From: Escherichia coli
GTDB taxonomy: Bacteria; Pseudomonadota; Gammaproteobacteria; Enterobacterales; Enterobacteriaceae
Assembly: GCF_050920415.1 (NCBI RefSeq)
Contig: NZ_CP169309.1
Strand: one strand, 5' to 3'
DNA: 64,000 nt
The notes under the pieces were generated by a model. It did no database searches. It was not told the DNA's origin and saw nothing but the letters and a program-made list of their open reading frames with translations. The first letter of the stretch is position 1. Each line of letters begins with the position of its first letter. Below are positions 1-12,599 of the stretch, in pieces. A program made the position numbers and the translations under genes.

Positions 1-2130
1 GGGTAACCAATCTCTTTTGCCTTCTCAACCGCCATTTCAATAGCGGTAACGGTGGCGTTCGCCGGTTGTTTCAGTTTCAGACGGTCAACCGCATGCTGGA
101 AGCGTTCACGGTCTTCCGCACGGTCGATAGCATCCGGGCTGGTGCCGATAACCGGTACGCCAGCGGCTTCCAGTGCGCGCGCCAGTTTCAGCGGGGTCTG
201 ACCGCCGTACTGAACGATAACGCCTTTCGGCTTCTCAATACGCACGATTTCCAGCACATCTTCCAGAGTTACCGGCTCGAAGTAGAGGCGATCGGAAGTG
301 TCGTAGTCAGTGGAGACGGTTTCCGGGTTACAGTTAACCATAATGGTTTCGTAACCGTCTTCGCGCAGCGCCAGTGAGGCGTGTACGCAGCAGTAGTCGA
401 ATTCGATACCCTGACCGATACGGTTCGGGCCGCCGCCGAGGACCATGATTTTGTCACGGTCAGATGGGTTGGATTCGCACTCTTCTTCATAAGTGGAGTA
501 CATATAAGCGGTGTCGGTAGCGAACTCTGCCGCACAGGTATCCACGCGCTTGTAAACCGGGTGCAGGTCATACTGGTCACGCAGCTTACGGATTTCTGCT
601 TCACGCACGCCCGCCAGTTTTGCCAGACGCGCATCGGCAAAGCCTTTGCGTTTCAGCTGGCGCAGGAAGTCAGCGTTCAGGCCAGTGATGCCCACTTCCG
701 CTACTTTCTCTTCCAGGCGCACCAGCTCTTCAATTTGTACCAGGAACCAGCGGTCGATATTGGTCAGATTGAAGACGCCGTCTACGGACAGGCCCGCACG
801 GAACGCATCGGCGATATACCAGATACGCTCTGCGCCTGCGTCTTTCAGCTCGCGGCGAATTTTGGTCAGCGCTTCCGGGTCGTCGAGACTCACTTTCGGG
901 TCGAATCCAGTCGCACCGACTTCCAGGCCGCGCAGCGCTTTTTGCAGGGATTCCTGCTGCGTGCGACCAATCGCCATCACTTCACCAACCGATTTCATCT
1001 GAGTGGTCAGACGGTCGTTAGCACCAGCGAATTTCTCGAAGTTGAAGCGAGGAATTTTGGTCACCACGTAGTCGATAGACGGCTCGAAGGACGCCGGAGT
1101 ACGCCCGCCGGTGATGTCGTTCATCAGCTCATCGAGGGTGTAACCTACCGCCAGTTTCGCCGCCACTTTGGCAATCGGGAAACCGGTGGCTTTCGACGCC
1201 AGCGCCGAAGAACGGGACACGCGCGGGTTCATTTCGATAACAATCAGGCGACCATTTTTCGGGTTCACCGCAAACTGGACGTTGGAACCACCGGTTTCAA
1301 CGCCGATTTCACGCAGCACCGCCATCGAGGCGTTACGCATGATTTGATATTCTTTGTCGGTCAGCGTTTGGGCTGGCGCGACAGTGATGGAGTCACCGGT
1401 ATGGATGCCCATCGCATCGAAGTTTTCGATAGAGCAGACGATGATGCAGTTGTCGTTTTTATCACGCACCACTTCCATCTCGTACTCTTTCCAGCCGATC
1501 AGCGACTCATCAATCAGCAGTTCTTTGGTCGGAGAGAGATCCAGACCGCGGGCGCAAATTTCTTCAAACTCTTCGCGGTTATAAGCGATACCACCACCGC
1601 TACCACCCATGGTAAAGGATGGGCGAATAATGCACGGGAAGCCCACTTCAGCGGCAACTGCCAGCGCTTCTTCCATGGTGTGTGCGATACCAGAACGCGC
1701 AGTTTCCAGACCGATTTTCTTCATCGCCACGTCGAAACGGCGGCGGTCTTCGGCTTTATCAATCGCATCGGCGGTGGCACCAATCATGGTGACGCCGAAC
1801 TCTTCCAGCACGCCCTGACGCTCCAGCTCCAGCGCACAGTTCAGCGCTGTCTGACCGCCCATCGTTGGCAGCACCGCGTCCGGACGCTCTTTTTCAATAA
1901 TCTTGCGTACCACTTCCCAGTGAATCGGCTCGATGTAGGTCGCATCGGCCATTTCCGGGTCGGTCATGATGGTCGCAGGGTTGGAGTTCACCAGAATGAC
2001 GCGGTAACCCTCTTCGCGCAGGGCTTTACATGCTTGCGCGCCAGAGTAGTCAAACTCACACGCCTGACCGATAACAATCGGGCCCGCACCCAGAATCAGG
2101 ATACTTTTTATATCTGTACGTTTTGGCATG
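1..2130 (-). CDS. carB: carbamoyl-phosphate synthase large subunit, N-terminal ~710 codons; 3' end lies beyond the window start
   Basis: Minus-strand start ATG at 2128-2130 giving [30 protein letters not shown]; the six-frame track shows only antisense ORFs here; sits immediately downstream of carA as in the carAB operon. Confidence 0.93.
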
Positions 2131-2146
2131 GCTCTTTTACTCCTGA

Positions 2147-3295
2147 TTACTTAGCGGTTTTACGGTACTGCTCAATTAACTCGATAAAGTGGTCGAACAA
2201 CGGCGCGGCGTCGTGTGGACCCGGACTGGCTTCAGGGTGGCCCTGGAAGCTGAATGCCGGTTTATCGGTGCGATGAATGCCCTGTAACGTACCGTCGAAC
2301 AGGGATTTATGCGTAACACGCAGGTTTGCAGGTAATGTTGCTTCATCCACCGCAAAACCGTGGTTCTGGGCGGTGATCATCACCACGTTTTTTTCAACAT
2401 CTTTAACCGGATGGTTGCCGCCGTGGTGTCCAAATTTCATTTTGACAGTCTTCGCACCGCTCGCCAGCGCCAGCAACTGATGGCCGAGGCAGATGCCGAA
2501 TACCGGGATGTCGGTTTCGAGGAATTTCTGGATGGCAGTAATAGCGTAATCACACGGTGCCGGGTCGCCAGGACCGTTGGAGAGGAAGATACCGTCTGGA
2601 TTCATTTTCAGTACATCTTCGGCAGATGTTTGCGCCGGAACGATGGTCAGGCGGCAGCCGCGGTCAACCAACATGCGCAGGATGTTGCGTTTGGCGCCGA
2701 AATCATAAGCCACGACGTGGAACGGCAACTCGTCTTCTTTTTTTGCTTCTGGCAAGCCGCCAGTCAGCGTCCAGCTCCCTTGTGTCCAGCTATAGGCTTC
2801 TGCGGTAGTCACTTCTTTTGCCAGATCCATGCCGTTCAGACCTGGGAACGCGCGGGCTTTTTCTAACGCCAGCGCCGCATCCGGGTTATCGCCTGCGATA
2901 ATGCAGCCATTCTGTGCGCCTTTCTCACGCAGTAAACGCGTCAGCTTACGGGTATCGATATCAGCAATCGCCACGATGTTATGGCGTTTAAGGTAAGAAG
3001 AGAGGTCTTCGGTATTACGGAAGTTGCTGGCAATCAGCGGCAGGTCGCGAATCACCAGACCTTGTGCATGTACCTGAGAAGATTCTTCATCGGCGTCATT
3101 AGTGCCGACATTGCCAATATGGGGATAAGTAAGAGTAACGATTTGACGAGAATAGGAAGGATCAGTGAGGATTTCTTGATAACCGGTCATTGAAGTATTG
3201 AAAACGACTTCCCCAACCGCCGAACCTGTTGCCCCTATGGCCCGACCGTGAAACTGGGTTCCGTCTTCCAGAACCAATAGCGCTGACTTAATCAA
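2147..3295 (-). CDS. carA: carbamoyl-phosphate synthase small subunit (glutamine amidotransferase)
   Basis: ORF 2147-3322 minus; protein (M)[23 protein letters not shown]...; start trimmed to the TTG at 3293-3295, which gives the known 382-aa product. Confidence 0.92.
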   Translation of the reverse strand: MIKSALLVLEDGTQFHGRAIGATGSAVGEVVFNTSMTGYQEILTDPSYSRQIVTLTYPHIGNVGTNDADEESSQVHAQGLVIRDLPLIASNFRNTEDLSSYLKRHNIVAIADIDTRKLTRLLREKGAQNGCIIAGDNPDAALALEKARAFPGLNGMDLAKEVTTAEAYSWTQGSWTLTGGLPEAKKEDELPFHVVAYDFGAKRNILRMLVDRGCRLTIVPAQTSAEDVLKMNPDGIFLSNGPGDPAPCDYAITAIQKFLETDIPVFGICLGHQLLALASGAKTVKMKFGHHGGNHPVKDVEKNVVMITAQNHGFAVDEATLPANLRVTHKSLFDGTLQGIHRTDKPAFSFQGHPEASPGPHDAAPLFDHFIELIEQYRKTAK

Positions 3296-3750
3296 AACAC
3301 CCTCCAGAGAATATTCACTCACTTTATTTGCATATTAATTCACAATGATGACGTAAATCAATGCAAATCTGCTTACCGACGAATTTCTGGCAAACGGCGG
3401 CATTCTGGAGAGATGAGAGCTAAAAGTCAACTTAATGGTGGTATTTTTTATATTATTTTGTGGCTCATGCATGTTTTGCAGGCATTAAGCGACAAAAAGA
3501 TCATATAACCCGTTCTGGAAAACGCTTGCGCAGCAAGAAGATTGTATAAAATCAAAACGCGTAGAAAAAAGTGGACCAAATGGTCAAAATTTACATTAAA
3601 ACAACAAAAACAGAAGAGAAAACATGTTATTTTTAGCACGCTATACGCTTTTATAAATAAAAAACTCAAAATAAAAGGGCTAAAAATTAAAGCCCTTTAT
3701 AATCAATAAATTAAATACGTTATTTTTGCACCATCACAAATGTTTTGTGG
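3296..3750 (-). promoter_or_regulatory. carAB upstream control region (tandem promoters with arginine/pyrimidine/purine control known in K-12); contains an ARG-box-like palindrome tgcatattaattca near 3328-3341
   Basis: AT-rich ~450-bp intergenic region upstream of carA; the palindrome is visible in the sequence; individual operator sites are not mapped here. Confidence 0.4.
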
Positions 3751-4587
<837 letters not shown>

Positions 4588-4738
4588 TTAATTTGCATAG
4601 ACCGTTTTCAGAGTAACCAGAGCATCGCTACGCCGCCAGCCAAAAACGCTGATAATTAGAAATTAATGATAAACAGGGAGGGATATCAGTGAAAGGCATG
4701 AGTCGATGAATGACTGCATGCCGATAACATGTGACAGG

Positions 4739-5653
4739 TTACGACGCCAGAGCCAGCACCTCAGCCACCCACTGCTGGAAACCTTTCACATCCAGATCCA
4801 GCGCCACCTGCACGTTTGCAGGTTTACTCAGGCAACCATCAATATCAACAACCGTAGTACCTGAGGTAAATTCACCCTGAGTTTCCACCGCCACAAAACA
4901 CGGTTTGAGAGTGAACAAGTCTGGGCGCACCAGCCAGGCGATGGCGCAGAGATCGTGCATACGCAGACCGCTTTGCATACTGCCGCTACGGTAGTGGCTA
5001 AACAGGGCGTGCAACATTTTCCCGGTACGATTCAACTCCGGCAAAGTAGCGAGATAGTCAGGAGTTAATATTGCCTGATTGGTGACATCCAAACCGCACA
5101 TAACGATTTCGATGCCGCTACGGAAGACACAGGCTGCTGCTTCTGGATCGGCAGCGATATTAAACTCGGCGTTTGGTGTGCAGTTGCCGCGACCGGCAGA
5201 ACCGCCCATGATCACCAGACGGCGAATATGCGGTTTGCATTCCGGGCATTGTGAAAGTAACAGCGCAATATTGGTTAACGGGCCGATGGCTACCAGCGTA
5301 ACAGGCTCAGGCGCACGCAGCAGGGCATCACGAATCGCCAGAAATGCGGGTTTGTCCAGTGGGCTTCTGTTGTGCTCGACAAAGTCGTAGCCAGCCATTC
5401 CCGATTCACCGTGCACAGATGCTGCATTACGCGGTGCGCGTACCAGCGGCACAGCGGCTCCCTGGGCGAGCGGAATATCCGCATTCCAGAAATGCAGCAG
5501 TTGCAGGGCGTTGCGGGTAGTTTTCTCAACCGAAACATTACCCGCGACGGTGGTCATCAGTTGCAGGTCGAGTTCGGGGGCAAAAATCGCGGCGGCAATG
5601 GCGACCGCATCGTCAATACCGGGGTCTGTATCGAGGAAGATAGGTAAACGCAT
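4739..5653 (-). CDS. rihC: non-specific ribonucleoside hydrolase
   Basis: 304-aa ORF with the nucleoside hydrolase N-terminal motif [12 protein letters not shown]. Confidence 0.9.
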   Translation of the reverse strand: MRLPIFLDTDPGIDDAVAIAAAIFAPELDLQLMTTVAGNVSVEKTTRNALQLLHFWNADIPLAQGAAVPLVRAPRNAASVHGESGMAGYDFVEHNRSPLDKPAFLAIRDALLRAPEPVTLVAIGPLTNIALLLSQCPECKPHIRRLVIMGGSAGRGNCTPNAEFNIAADPEAAACVFRSGIEIVMCGLDVTNQAILTPDYLATLPELNRTGKMLHALFSHYRSGSMQSGLRMHDLCAIAWLVRPDLFTLKPCFVAVETQGEFTSGTTVVDIDGCLSKPANVQVALDLDVKGFQQWVAEVLALAS

Positions 5654-5718
5654 GTTTTCTCCATAAAAAATGCCGGTAACAGGACCGGCATTTTCGCATA
5701 ACTTAGGCTGCTAATGAC

Positions 5719-6669
5719 TTAATCGACTTCACGAATATCGACACGCAGCTCTTTCGGCACTTCGAAAACAATGTTTTCTTCACGGCCTTCCAGCGGGATG
5801 GCTTCACCACCGCCCAGCTGCTGCAAACGTGCCACCACATTCTGCACCAGAATATCCGGAGCCGATGCGCCCGCAGTCACGCCGACGCATTTAACCTCTT
5901 TCACCCACTCTTCCTGGATATCTTTCGCATCGTCAATCAAAAACGCGCGTTTGCCCATACGCTGGGCCAGTTCCGCCAGACGGTTGGAGTTGGAAGAGTT
6001 TTTTGAACCAACCACCAGTACTACTTCCGCCTGTTCTGCCAGAGCGCGTACCGCTTCCTGACGGTTAGTGGTGGCGTAGCAAATGTCATCTTTGCGCGGC
6101 CCGACAATTTTCGGAAAGCGTTTACGCAACGCATCGATCACATCAGACGTGTCATCCACCGACAGCGTAGTTTGGGTCATAAAGGAGAGTTTCTCTTCGT
6201 TTTTGACCGTCAGTTTCCACACATCGTCCGGCGATTCGACCAGATACATTCCCCCTTCCGGGTTGCTGTACTGACCCATCGTCCCTTCCACTTCCGGGTG
6301 ACCGGCGTGACCGATAAGAATAGACTCTTCACCACGGCGGCTGGCACGGGCGACTTCCATATGCACTTTGGTCACCAGCGGACAGGTGGCATCAAACACC
6401 GTCAAATCACGGCTTTTCGCTTCGTTACGTACCGCCTGAGAAACACCGTGTGCGGAGAAAATCAGGATCGCGCCGTCCGGGACTTCGCTAATCTGCTCAA
6501 TAAAGATAGCCCCACGCTCGCGCAGGCTATCGACCACGTAGCGGTTATGCACCACTTCGTGACGGACATATATCGGTGCGCCGTAAATGGCCAGCGCGTT
6601 TTCAACAATGCTGATAGCGCGGTCTACCCCGGCACAAAAACCACGCGGGTTGGCCAACAGGATCTGCAT
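5719..6669 (-). CDS. ispH: 4-hydroxy-3-methylbut-2-enyl diphosphate reductase (LytB)
   Basis: ORF 5719-6753 trimmed to the ATG at 6667-6669 ([19 protein letters not shown]...), giving 316 aa. Confidence 0.92.
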
Positions 6670-6670
6670 G

Positions 6671-7120
6671 TTACGCCTCCAGTGCCGGATCGATTTCCAG
6701 CACTTCAATATCAAAATGAACGGTCTGCCCGGCCAGCGGATGATTGAAATCAACGGTAATGGAGTCGCCGTTAATTTCGCGGATCACGCCAGGCATCTCA
6801 CTGCCATCCATTGCGGTAAAAAGCATGATTGCACCAATTTCTGGCTCGCCTGCATCCATAAACTCACGGCGGGAGAAGTACTGAATCAGGTCCGGTGACG
6901 GCACGCCAAACGCCGCATCTGGCTCCAGCGAGAAGGTGGTTTTATCACCCACTTTCAGCCCCAGCAGGTGTTGCTCCAGACCTTCGGAGAGAGAAGCATC
7001 GCCCAGGCGGAACAGCGCCGGTTTACCGTTGTTGCGGGTAGACTCGGCGGTGGTGCCATCGTCGAGTTTTAGCGTGAAGTGCACCAGGACGGCGCTATTG
7101 CTCTGTACAGATTCAGACAT
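6671..7120 (-). CDS. fkpB: FKBP-type peptidyl-prolyl cis-trans isomerase
   Basis: 149-aa ORF directly upstream of ispH, in the conserved lspA-fkpB-ispH arrangement. Confidence 0.9.
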
Positions 7121-7150
7121 GCAGGTTTGCTCTTATATTTTGAGGATTTT

Positions 7151-7220
7151 TGCCGGATGCGGCCTACGATTTCACAGCAATCTGTAGGCCGGATAAGATG
7201 CGTCAGCATCGCATCCGGCA
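7151..7220. repeat. REP/BIME element (two inverted REP units) between fkpB and lspA
   Basis: gccggatgcggcctacgatt...gtaggccggataagatgcgtcagcatcgcatccggcag: an imperfect palindrome with the characteristic GCCGGATG core. Confidence 0.8.
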
Positions 7221-7227
7221 GGGTTTA

Positions 7228-7722
7228 TTATTGTTTTTTCGCTTTCGAAGGTAAAAAACCTTCCAGCACAATCAGTGCCGCACCGACACAGATAGCAGTA
7301 TCGGCGAGGTTGAAGGTGGCGAAGTGCCAGTCGCCGACGTAGAAGTCGATCATATCGACAACGAAGCCGTGCCACAGGCGGTCGAACAGGTTGCCCAGCG
7401 CGCCGCCAATAATCAGCGCGTAAGCGATATTGTTCAGCTTCTGCGTGGCCTTCGAGCGATACATCATCACTACCAGAATCACGCTAATACCAATCGCAAT
7501 ACCGGCAAAGAACCAACGCTGCCAGCCGCCGCTATCGGCAAGGAAACTAAACGCCGCGCCATAGTTACGCGCATAATGCAGATTAAGCGACGGGAACAGC
7601 GGGACCGTATCCCCCAGAGCAAAGTTCTGGAGGATCAGGTATTTGCTGCCCAGATCGATAATCAGCACGACTACCACCAGCCACAGCCAGCGTAGCCCTG
7701 TTGAACAGATCGATTGACTCAT
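7228..7722 (-). CDS. lspA: lipoprotein signal peptidase (signal peptidase II)
   Basis: 164-aa hydrophobic membrane ORF; its start overlaps the ileS stop as in the ileS-lspA operon. Confidence 0.92.
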   Translation of the reverse strand: MSQSICSTGLRWLWLVVVVLIIDLGSKYLILQNFALGDTVPLFPSLNLHYARNYGAAFSFLADSGGWQRWFFAGIAIGISVILVVMMYRSKATQKLNNIAYALIIGGALGNLFDRLWHGFVVDMIDFYVGDWHFATFNLADTAICVGAALIVLEGFLPSKAKKQ

Positions 7723-10538
7723 CAGGCAAACTTACGTTTTTCACCGTCACCGGCGACGTTGCTGACACAGCGGCCGCAGATTTCTGCGTGTTCCGCCACC
7801 TTGCCGACATCCTGGGTGTAGTGCCAGCAGCGTGGGCACTTCTCACCTTCGGCTTTACTCAACGCGACTTTCAGCCCTTTGAGTACTTCGCTCTGCTGAG
7901 CATCAGCAGGGGCGTCGTTATAGTCTGCAACGGTAGCGCCGGAGGTCAACAGGACAAATCGTAATTCATCGCCCAGCGCGGTCAGTTTCGCCGCCAGTTC
8001 CGGTTCTGCATACAAGGTTACTGCCGCTTCCAGCGAGCCACCCACTTTCTTGTCGGCACGTGCTTGCTCAATGACTTTGTTCACTTCGCCACGCACTTTC
8101 AGCAGCTCGTCCCAGAACGCATCGTTCATCGCTTCGCTGTCTGCCAGACCAAACAGGCCTTCGTACCACTCGCCGGTGAAGACGTATTTTTCACGTTCGC
8201 CCGGCAGATAGCCCCACACTTCATCAGCGGTGAAGGAGAGGATTGGTGCCATCCAGCGAACCAGCGCTTCTGCGATGTGATACAGCGCAGTCTGGCAGCT
8301 ACGACGCGCCACGCTGTCCGCTTTCGCGGTGTACTGGCGGTCCTTAATGATGTCGAGGTAGAAAGAGCCCATCTCAACGGAGCAGAAGCGCATCAGACGC
8401 TGTACCACTTCGTGGAAATCGTATGCTTCGTACGCCTTGAGGATGTCTTCCTGCGCCGCTTTCGCACAACCTACGGCCCAGCGATCCAGTACCACCATCT
8501 CTTCCGGTTTCACCATATCTTTTGCCGGATCGAAACCGTTCAGGTTTGCCAGCAGGAAACGTGCAGTGTTACGGATACGACGATAGCTGTCGGCTGCACG
8601 TTTCAGGATCTCGTCAGAAACGGCCATTTCACCGGTGTAGTCCGTTGATGCCACCCACAGACGCAGAATATCCGCGCCCAGTTTGTTCATCACATCCTGC
8701 GGCGAAACGGTGTTGCCGATGGATTTAGACATCTTGCGACCCTGACCATCCACGGTAAAGCCGTGGGTCAGTACCTGACGATACGGCGCTTTGCCTTTCA
8801 TCGCGGTGGAGATCATCAGGGAAGACATGAACCAGCCACGGTGCTGGTCAGAACCTTCCAGATACATGTCCGCTGCGTGACCAGCAAATTCCGGACGCAC
8901 GTCAACAACAGAAGAGTGGGTAGATCCGGAGTCAAACCATACGTCCAGCGTATCCGGCACTTTCACGTACTGATCAGCTTCGTCGCCGAGGATCTCTTTC
9001 GCATCAAGATCCCACCATGCCTGAATGCCATCAACTTCAACGCGTTTTGCCACTTCTTCCATCAGTTCGAGGGTACGCGGATGCAGCTCTTCCGTGTCTT
9101 TGTGCACGAACAGTGACATCGGTACGCCCCAGGTGCGCTGACGGGAGATACACCAGTCAGGACGGTTAGCGACCATCGACTCGATACGCGCCTGGCCCCA
9201 GTCAGGGATCCACTGCACGCCTTTGATCTCTTTCAGTGACTGCGCACGCAGACCTTTCTGATCCATGCTGACGAACCACTGCGGCGTAGCGCGGAAGATG
9301 ATCGGCGTTTTGTGACGCCAGCAGCACGGATAGCTGTGCTGCATTTTCTCAACGTGCAGCAGCGCGCCTTTTTCCTGTAGCAGCGCAACGACGATGTCGT
9401 TCGCTTTGAAGACGTTAACACCATCCAGCGTCGGGTAAGTACCCGGCAGATAAGTACCGTCCGGGCCAACCGGGTTAGCGGTTTCCAGACCATATTTCTG
9501 ACCGATCACATAGTCGTCCGGACCGTGGCCTGGCGCGGTGTGAACGGCACCGGTACCGGCATCCAGCGTAACGTGATCGCCAAGAATTGCCGGAACGTCG
9601 AAGCCCATAAACGGATGGGTAAAGCGCAGCAGCTCCAGCTCCGCACCTTTTACCGTGCCGAGAATGGTGTAATCGGTCACGCCGATACGCTGCATTACGC
9701 TTTCAACCAGATCTTTCGCCAGAATCACGGCCTGACCGTCGATCTGCACCAGCGCATAGTCGAAATCCGGTGCAATGGAGATTGCGCGGTTGGCAGGCAA
9801 AGTCCACGGTGTAGTGGTCCAGATCACCAGCGAGATTGGACCGTTAACGTTGCTTACGCCAAATTTTGCTTTCAGTGCATCCTGATCGACTGCCTGGAAA
9901 GCGACGTCGATGGACGGAGAAGTTTTGTCGTAATACTCAACTTCCGCTTCTGCCAGTGCAGAACGGCAGTCAACGCACCAGTGCACCGGCTTCGCGCCTT
10001 TGTGCAGGTGACCGTTGCCGATGATTTTGCCCAGCGCGCGGATGATGTTGGCTTCAGTTTTGAAGTCCATAGTCAGGTACGGGTGCGACCAGTCGCCCAG
10101 CACGCCCAGACGGATAAAGTCTTTGCGCTGACCGTCAACCTGGGTCGCAGCGTATTCACGGCACTTGGCGCGGAACTCAGCAGCGGTGAATTTCTCACCC
10201 GGCTTACCGTATTCTTGCTCTACTTTCAGCTCGATCGGCAGACCGTGGCAGTCCCAGCCAGGCACATACGGCGAGTCATAACCGGAAAGCCCTTTGGACT
10301 TCACGATAATGTCTTTCAGAATCTTGTTAACCGAGTGACCAATATGAATGCTGCCATTCGCATAAGGAGGGCCATCATGCAGAATGAAGGTTTTTTTGCC
10401 TTTTTTAGCCGCACGGATGATGCCGTACAGATCATCATCAGTCCAACGCGCCAGCATTCCCGGTTCACGCTTGGCGAGATCGCCACGCATCGGGAACCCT
10501 GTTTCCGGCAAATTCAGGGTTGATTTATAGTCACTCAT
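7722..10538 (-). CDS. ileS: isoleucine--tRNA ligase
   Basis: 938-aa ORF with class-I HIGH ([14 protein letters not shown]) and KMSKS motifs and the C-terminal zinc-binding Cys cluster. Confidence 0.96.
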   Translation of the reverse strand: MSDYKSTLNLPETGFPMRGDLAKREPGMLARWTDDDLYGIIRAAKKGKKTFILHDGPPYANGSIHIGHSVNKILKDIIVKSKGLSGYDSPYVPGWDCHGLPIELKVEQEYGKPGEKFTAAEFRAKCREYAATQVDGQRKDFIRLGVLGDWSHPYLTMDFKTEANIIRALGKIIGNGHLHKGAKPVHWCVDCRSALAEAEVEYYDKTSPSIDVAFQAVDQDALKAKFGVSNVNGPISLVIWTTTPWTLPANRAISIAPDFDYALVQIDGQAVILAKDLVESVMQRIGVTDYTILGTVKGAELELLRFTHPFMGFDVPAILGDHVTLDAGTGAVHTAPGHGPDDYVIGQKYGLETANPVGPDGTYLPGTYPTLDGVNVFKANDIVVALLQEKGALLHVEKMQHSYPCCWRHKTPIIFRATPQWFVSMDQKGLRAQSLKEIKGVQWIPDWGQARIESMVANRPDWCISRQRTWGVPMSLFVHKDTEELHPRTLELMEEVAKRVEVDGIQAWWDLDAKEILGDEADQYVKVPDTLDVWFDSGSTHSSVVDVRPEFAGHAADMYLEGSDQHRGWFMSSLMISTAMKGKAPYRQVLTHGFTVDGQGRKMSKSIGNTVSPQDVMNKLGADILRLWVASTDYTGEMAVSDEILKRAADSYRRIRNTARFLLANLNGFDPAKDMVKPEEMVVLDRWAVGCAKAAQEDILKAYEAYDFHEVVQRLMRFCSVEMGSFYLDIIKDRQYTAKADSVARRSCQTALYHIAEALVRWMAPILSFTADEVWGYLPGEREKYVFTGEWYEGLFGLADSEAMNDAFWDELLKVRGEVNKVIEQARADKKVGGSLEAAVTLYAEPELAAKLTALGDELRFVLLTSGATVADYNDAPADAQQSEVLKGLKVALSKAEGEKCPRCWHYTQDVGKVAEHAEICGRCVSNVAGDGEKRKFA

Positions 10539-10580
10539 CAGATTCTCGGTTCCGTATTTCGGTTTGATTACATAACAGGC

Positions 10581-11522
10581 TTAAGCCGGTTTTGTTAGCC
10601 CAAAAAATTCGCGGGCGGTTAATTCATCACGCGCAATCTGCGCTTTCAGTTCGTCCAGCGACGCAAATCGCTGCTCATTGCGTATTTTTTTACGCAGCAC
10701 TACTTGTATATGGCGACCATACAGGTCCATTGCAACATCTAACAAATGCACTTCCAGCTGCTGGCGAATACCGGCAACCGTTGGGCGTGTTCCGATGTTT
10801 GCCACGCCGGGTAACGGCTTTTCACCGAGGCCCAGCACTTCTACCGCATAAACCCCTTTCACCGGGGAAACCTGACGGCGCAGCGGTACATTCGCCGTCG
10901 GGAAACCTATAGTGCGCCCTAATTCATCACCGTGGACCACACGCCCGGAGATGGCAAACGGGTGCCCCAGTAAACTTTCTGCCAGAGCCAGATTGTCATC
11001 CGCCAGCGCCTGACGTACAGCGGTACTGCTGATGCGCACGCCACCTTCGCAAAAAGTTTGCGTACTGGTGATATCGAAGCCGTATTCCGCGCCAGCTTTC
11101 TGTAATAACAAGAAATCGCCTTCACGACCAGCGCCAAAGCGGAAATCATCACCTACGGCAAGAAATTTTACCCGCAAATGCTTCACCAGAAGGTCACTGA
11201 TGAAATTTTGCGCGGTTAACGCCGCGAAACGCCTGTCGAAACGCACGCACAGCACGTAATCAACGCCACACTCTGCAAGGTAACGCAGTTTTTCCCGCAG
11301 TCGGGTCAGCCGTGCCGGGGCTTTATCGGTAGCAAACAGTTCCAGTGGTTGAGGTTCAAAAAGCATCACCATCACCGGTAAGTTGCGCTTGCGCCCTTCT
11401 TCCTGCAAGCCCTGTAACAGCGCGCGATGACCGCGATGCACGCCGTCGAAATTACCAATAGTCAGCACACACCCTTCTTGCGGGGCCTGGCTGAGATTAT
11501 GTATGCCGCGTATCAGCTTCAT
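10581..11522 (-). CDS. ribF: bifunctional riboflavin kinase / FMN adenylyltransferase
   Basis: 313-aa ORF with GNFDGVHRGHRAL nucleotidyltransferase motif; upstream of ileS. Confidence 0.93.
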   Translation of the reverse strand: MKLIRGIHNLSQAPQEGCVLTIGNFDGVHRGHRALLQGLQEEGRKRNLPVMVMLFEPQPLELFATDKAPARLTRLREKLRYLAECGVDYVLCVRFDRRFAALTAQNFISDLLVKHLRVKFLAVGDDFRFGAGREGDFLLLQKAGAEYGFDITSTQTFCEGGVRISSTAVRQALADDNLALAESLLGHPFAISGRVVHGDELGRTIGFPTANVPLRRQVSPVKGVYAVEVLGLGEKPLPGVANIGTRPTVAGIRQQLEVHLLDVAMDLYGRHIQVVLRKKIRNEQRFASLDELKAQIARDELTAREFFGLTKPA

Positions 11523-11529
11523 GTCTGGC

Positions 11530-11748
11530 TCAAAACAGTGAAAATCGTCCGAGTATACCTTGTACAGCGGTCAAGGTTAACCGGCGATTGAGTACCGAAA
11601 TCAGAAAGAAGTGGCTTTTCATTGCCATGCCGCAAATTACGGGAAGAAACAGACCGCCTGCTGCAATTTTTATCGCGGAAAAGCTGTATTCGCACCACGC
11701 AAGCTGGTAGAATCCTGCGCCATCACTACGTAACGAGTGCCGGCACAT
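11530..11748 (-). CDS. yaaY: small protein of unknown function (YaaY-like)
   Basis: 72-aa ORF at the position and in the orientation of K-12 yaaY; no functional motif recognised. Confidence 0.55.
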   Translation of the reverse strand: MCRHSLRSDGAGFYQLAWCEYSFSAIKIAAGGLFLPVICGMAMKSHFFLISVLNRRLTLTAVQGILGRFSLF

Positions 11749-11829
11749 TAACGGCGCTTATTTGCACAAATCCATTGACAAAAGAAGGCTAAAAGGGCAT
11801 ATTCCTCGGCCTTTGAATTGTCCATATAG

Positions 11830-12114
<285 letters not shown>

Positions 12115-12138
12115 TCGCCAATTTGCTGAAGCTTTGTG

Positions 12139-12166
12139 AAAAAGCCCGCGCAAGCGGGTTTTTTTA
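12139..12166 (+). terminator. rho-independent terminator of rpsT
   Basis: GC hairpin gcccgcgcaagcgggc followed by a T7 run about 25 nt after the rpsT stop. Confidence 0.75.
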
Positions 12167-12599
12167 TGTCTGCGGCTTTTGTGATGCCTGAGAGAACACA
12201 ATGGCGATTGCCAGAGAGTCAAAAGTTGCAGGTGCTTGCAGACATGCCGTTACACTCTCTGGACTCTTCGTGGCTTAAAAATCGCAGAACCATCGGCTGA
12301 TACATTCTGAATAAGAATATCTACTCAATCTCCAGACTCCCCTACATAGAATGTGGAGATCGTGATACATATTGAGGTCTTAAACTTAAGATCACTCTAT
12401 TTTTGAATTAAATTCCTATACTCTTTAACCATCCATAAATATCACTTTATTAAATCTAATAAATTATTAACCACAATCAATACAGGTCAAATACTTATTT
12501 ATAATGTACTTATTAAAAACTAATGAGCGATTTTTGATAGTAATCACATATACTTTAAAATAAATTAATAAAAAAACTCATCAAATTCAAGGACTGATA

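Noticed and set aside
381-2276. 631-aa plus-strand ORF and other long ORFs in the first 2.3 kb
   Set aside because: They are antisense to carB, whose minus-strand frame encodes the recognisable carbamoyl-phosphate synthase large subunit; long antisense ORFs are common in GC-balanced coding DNA.
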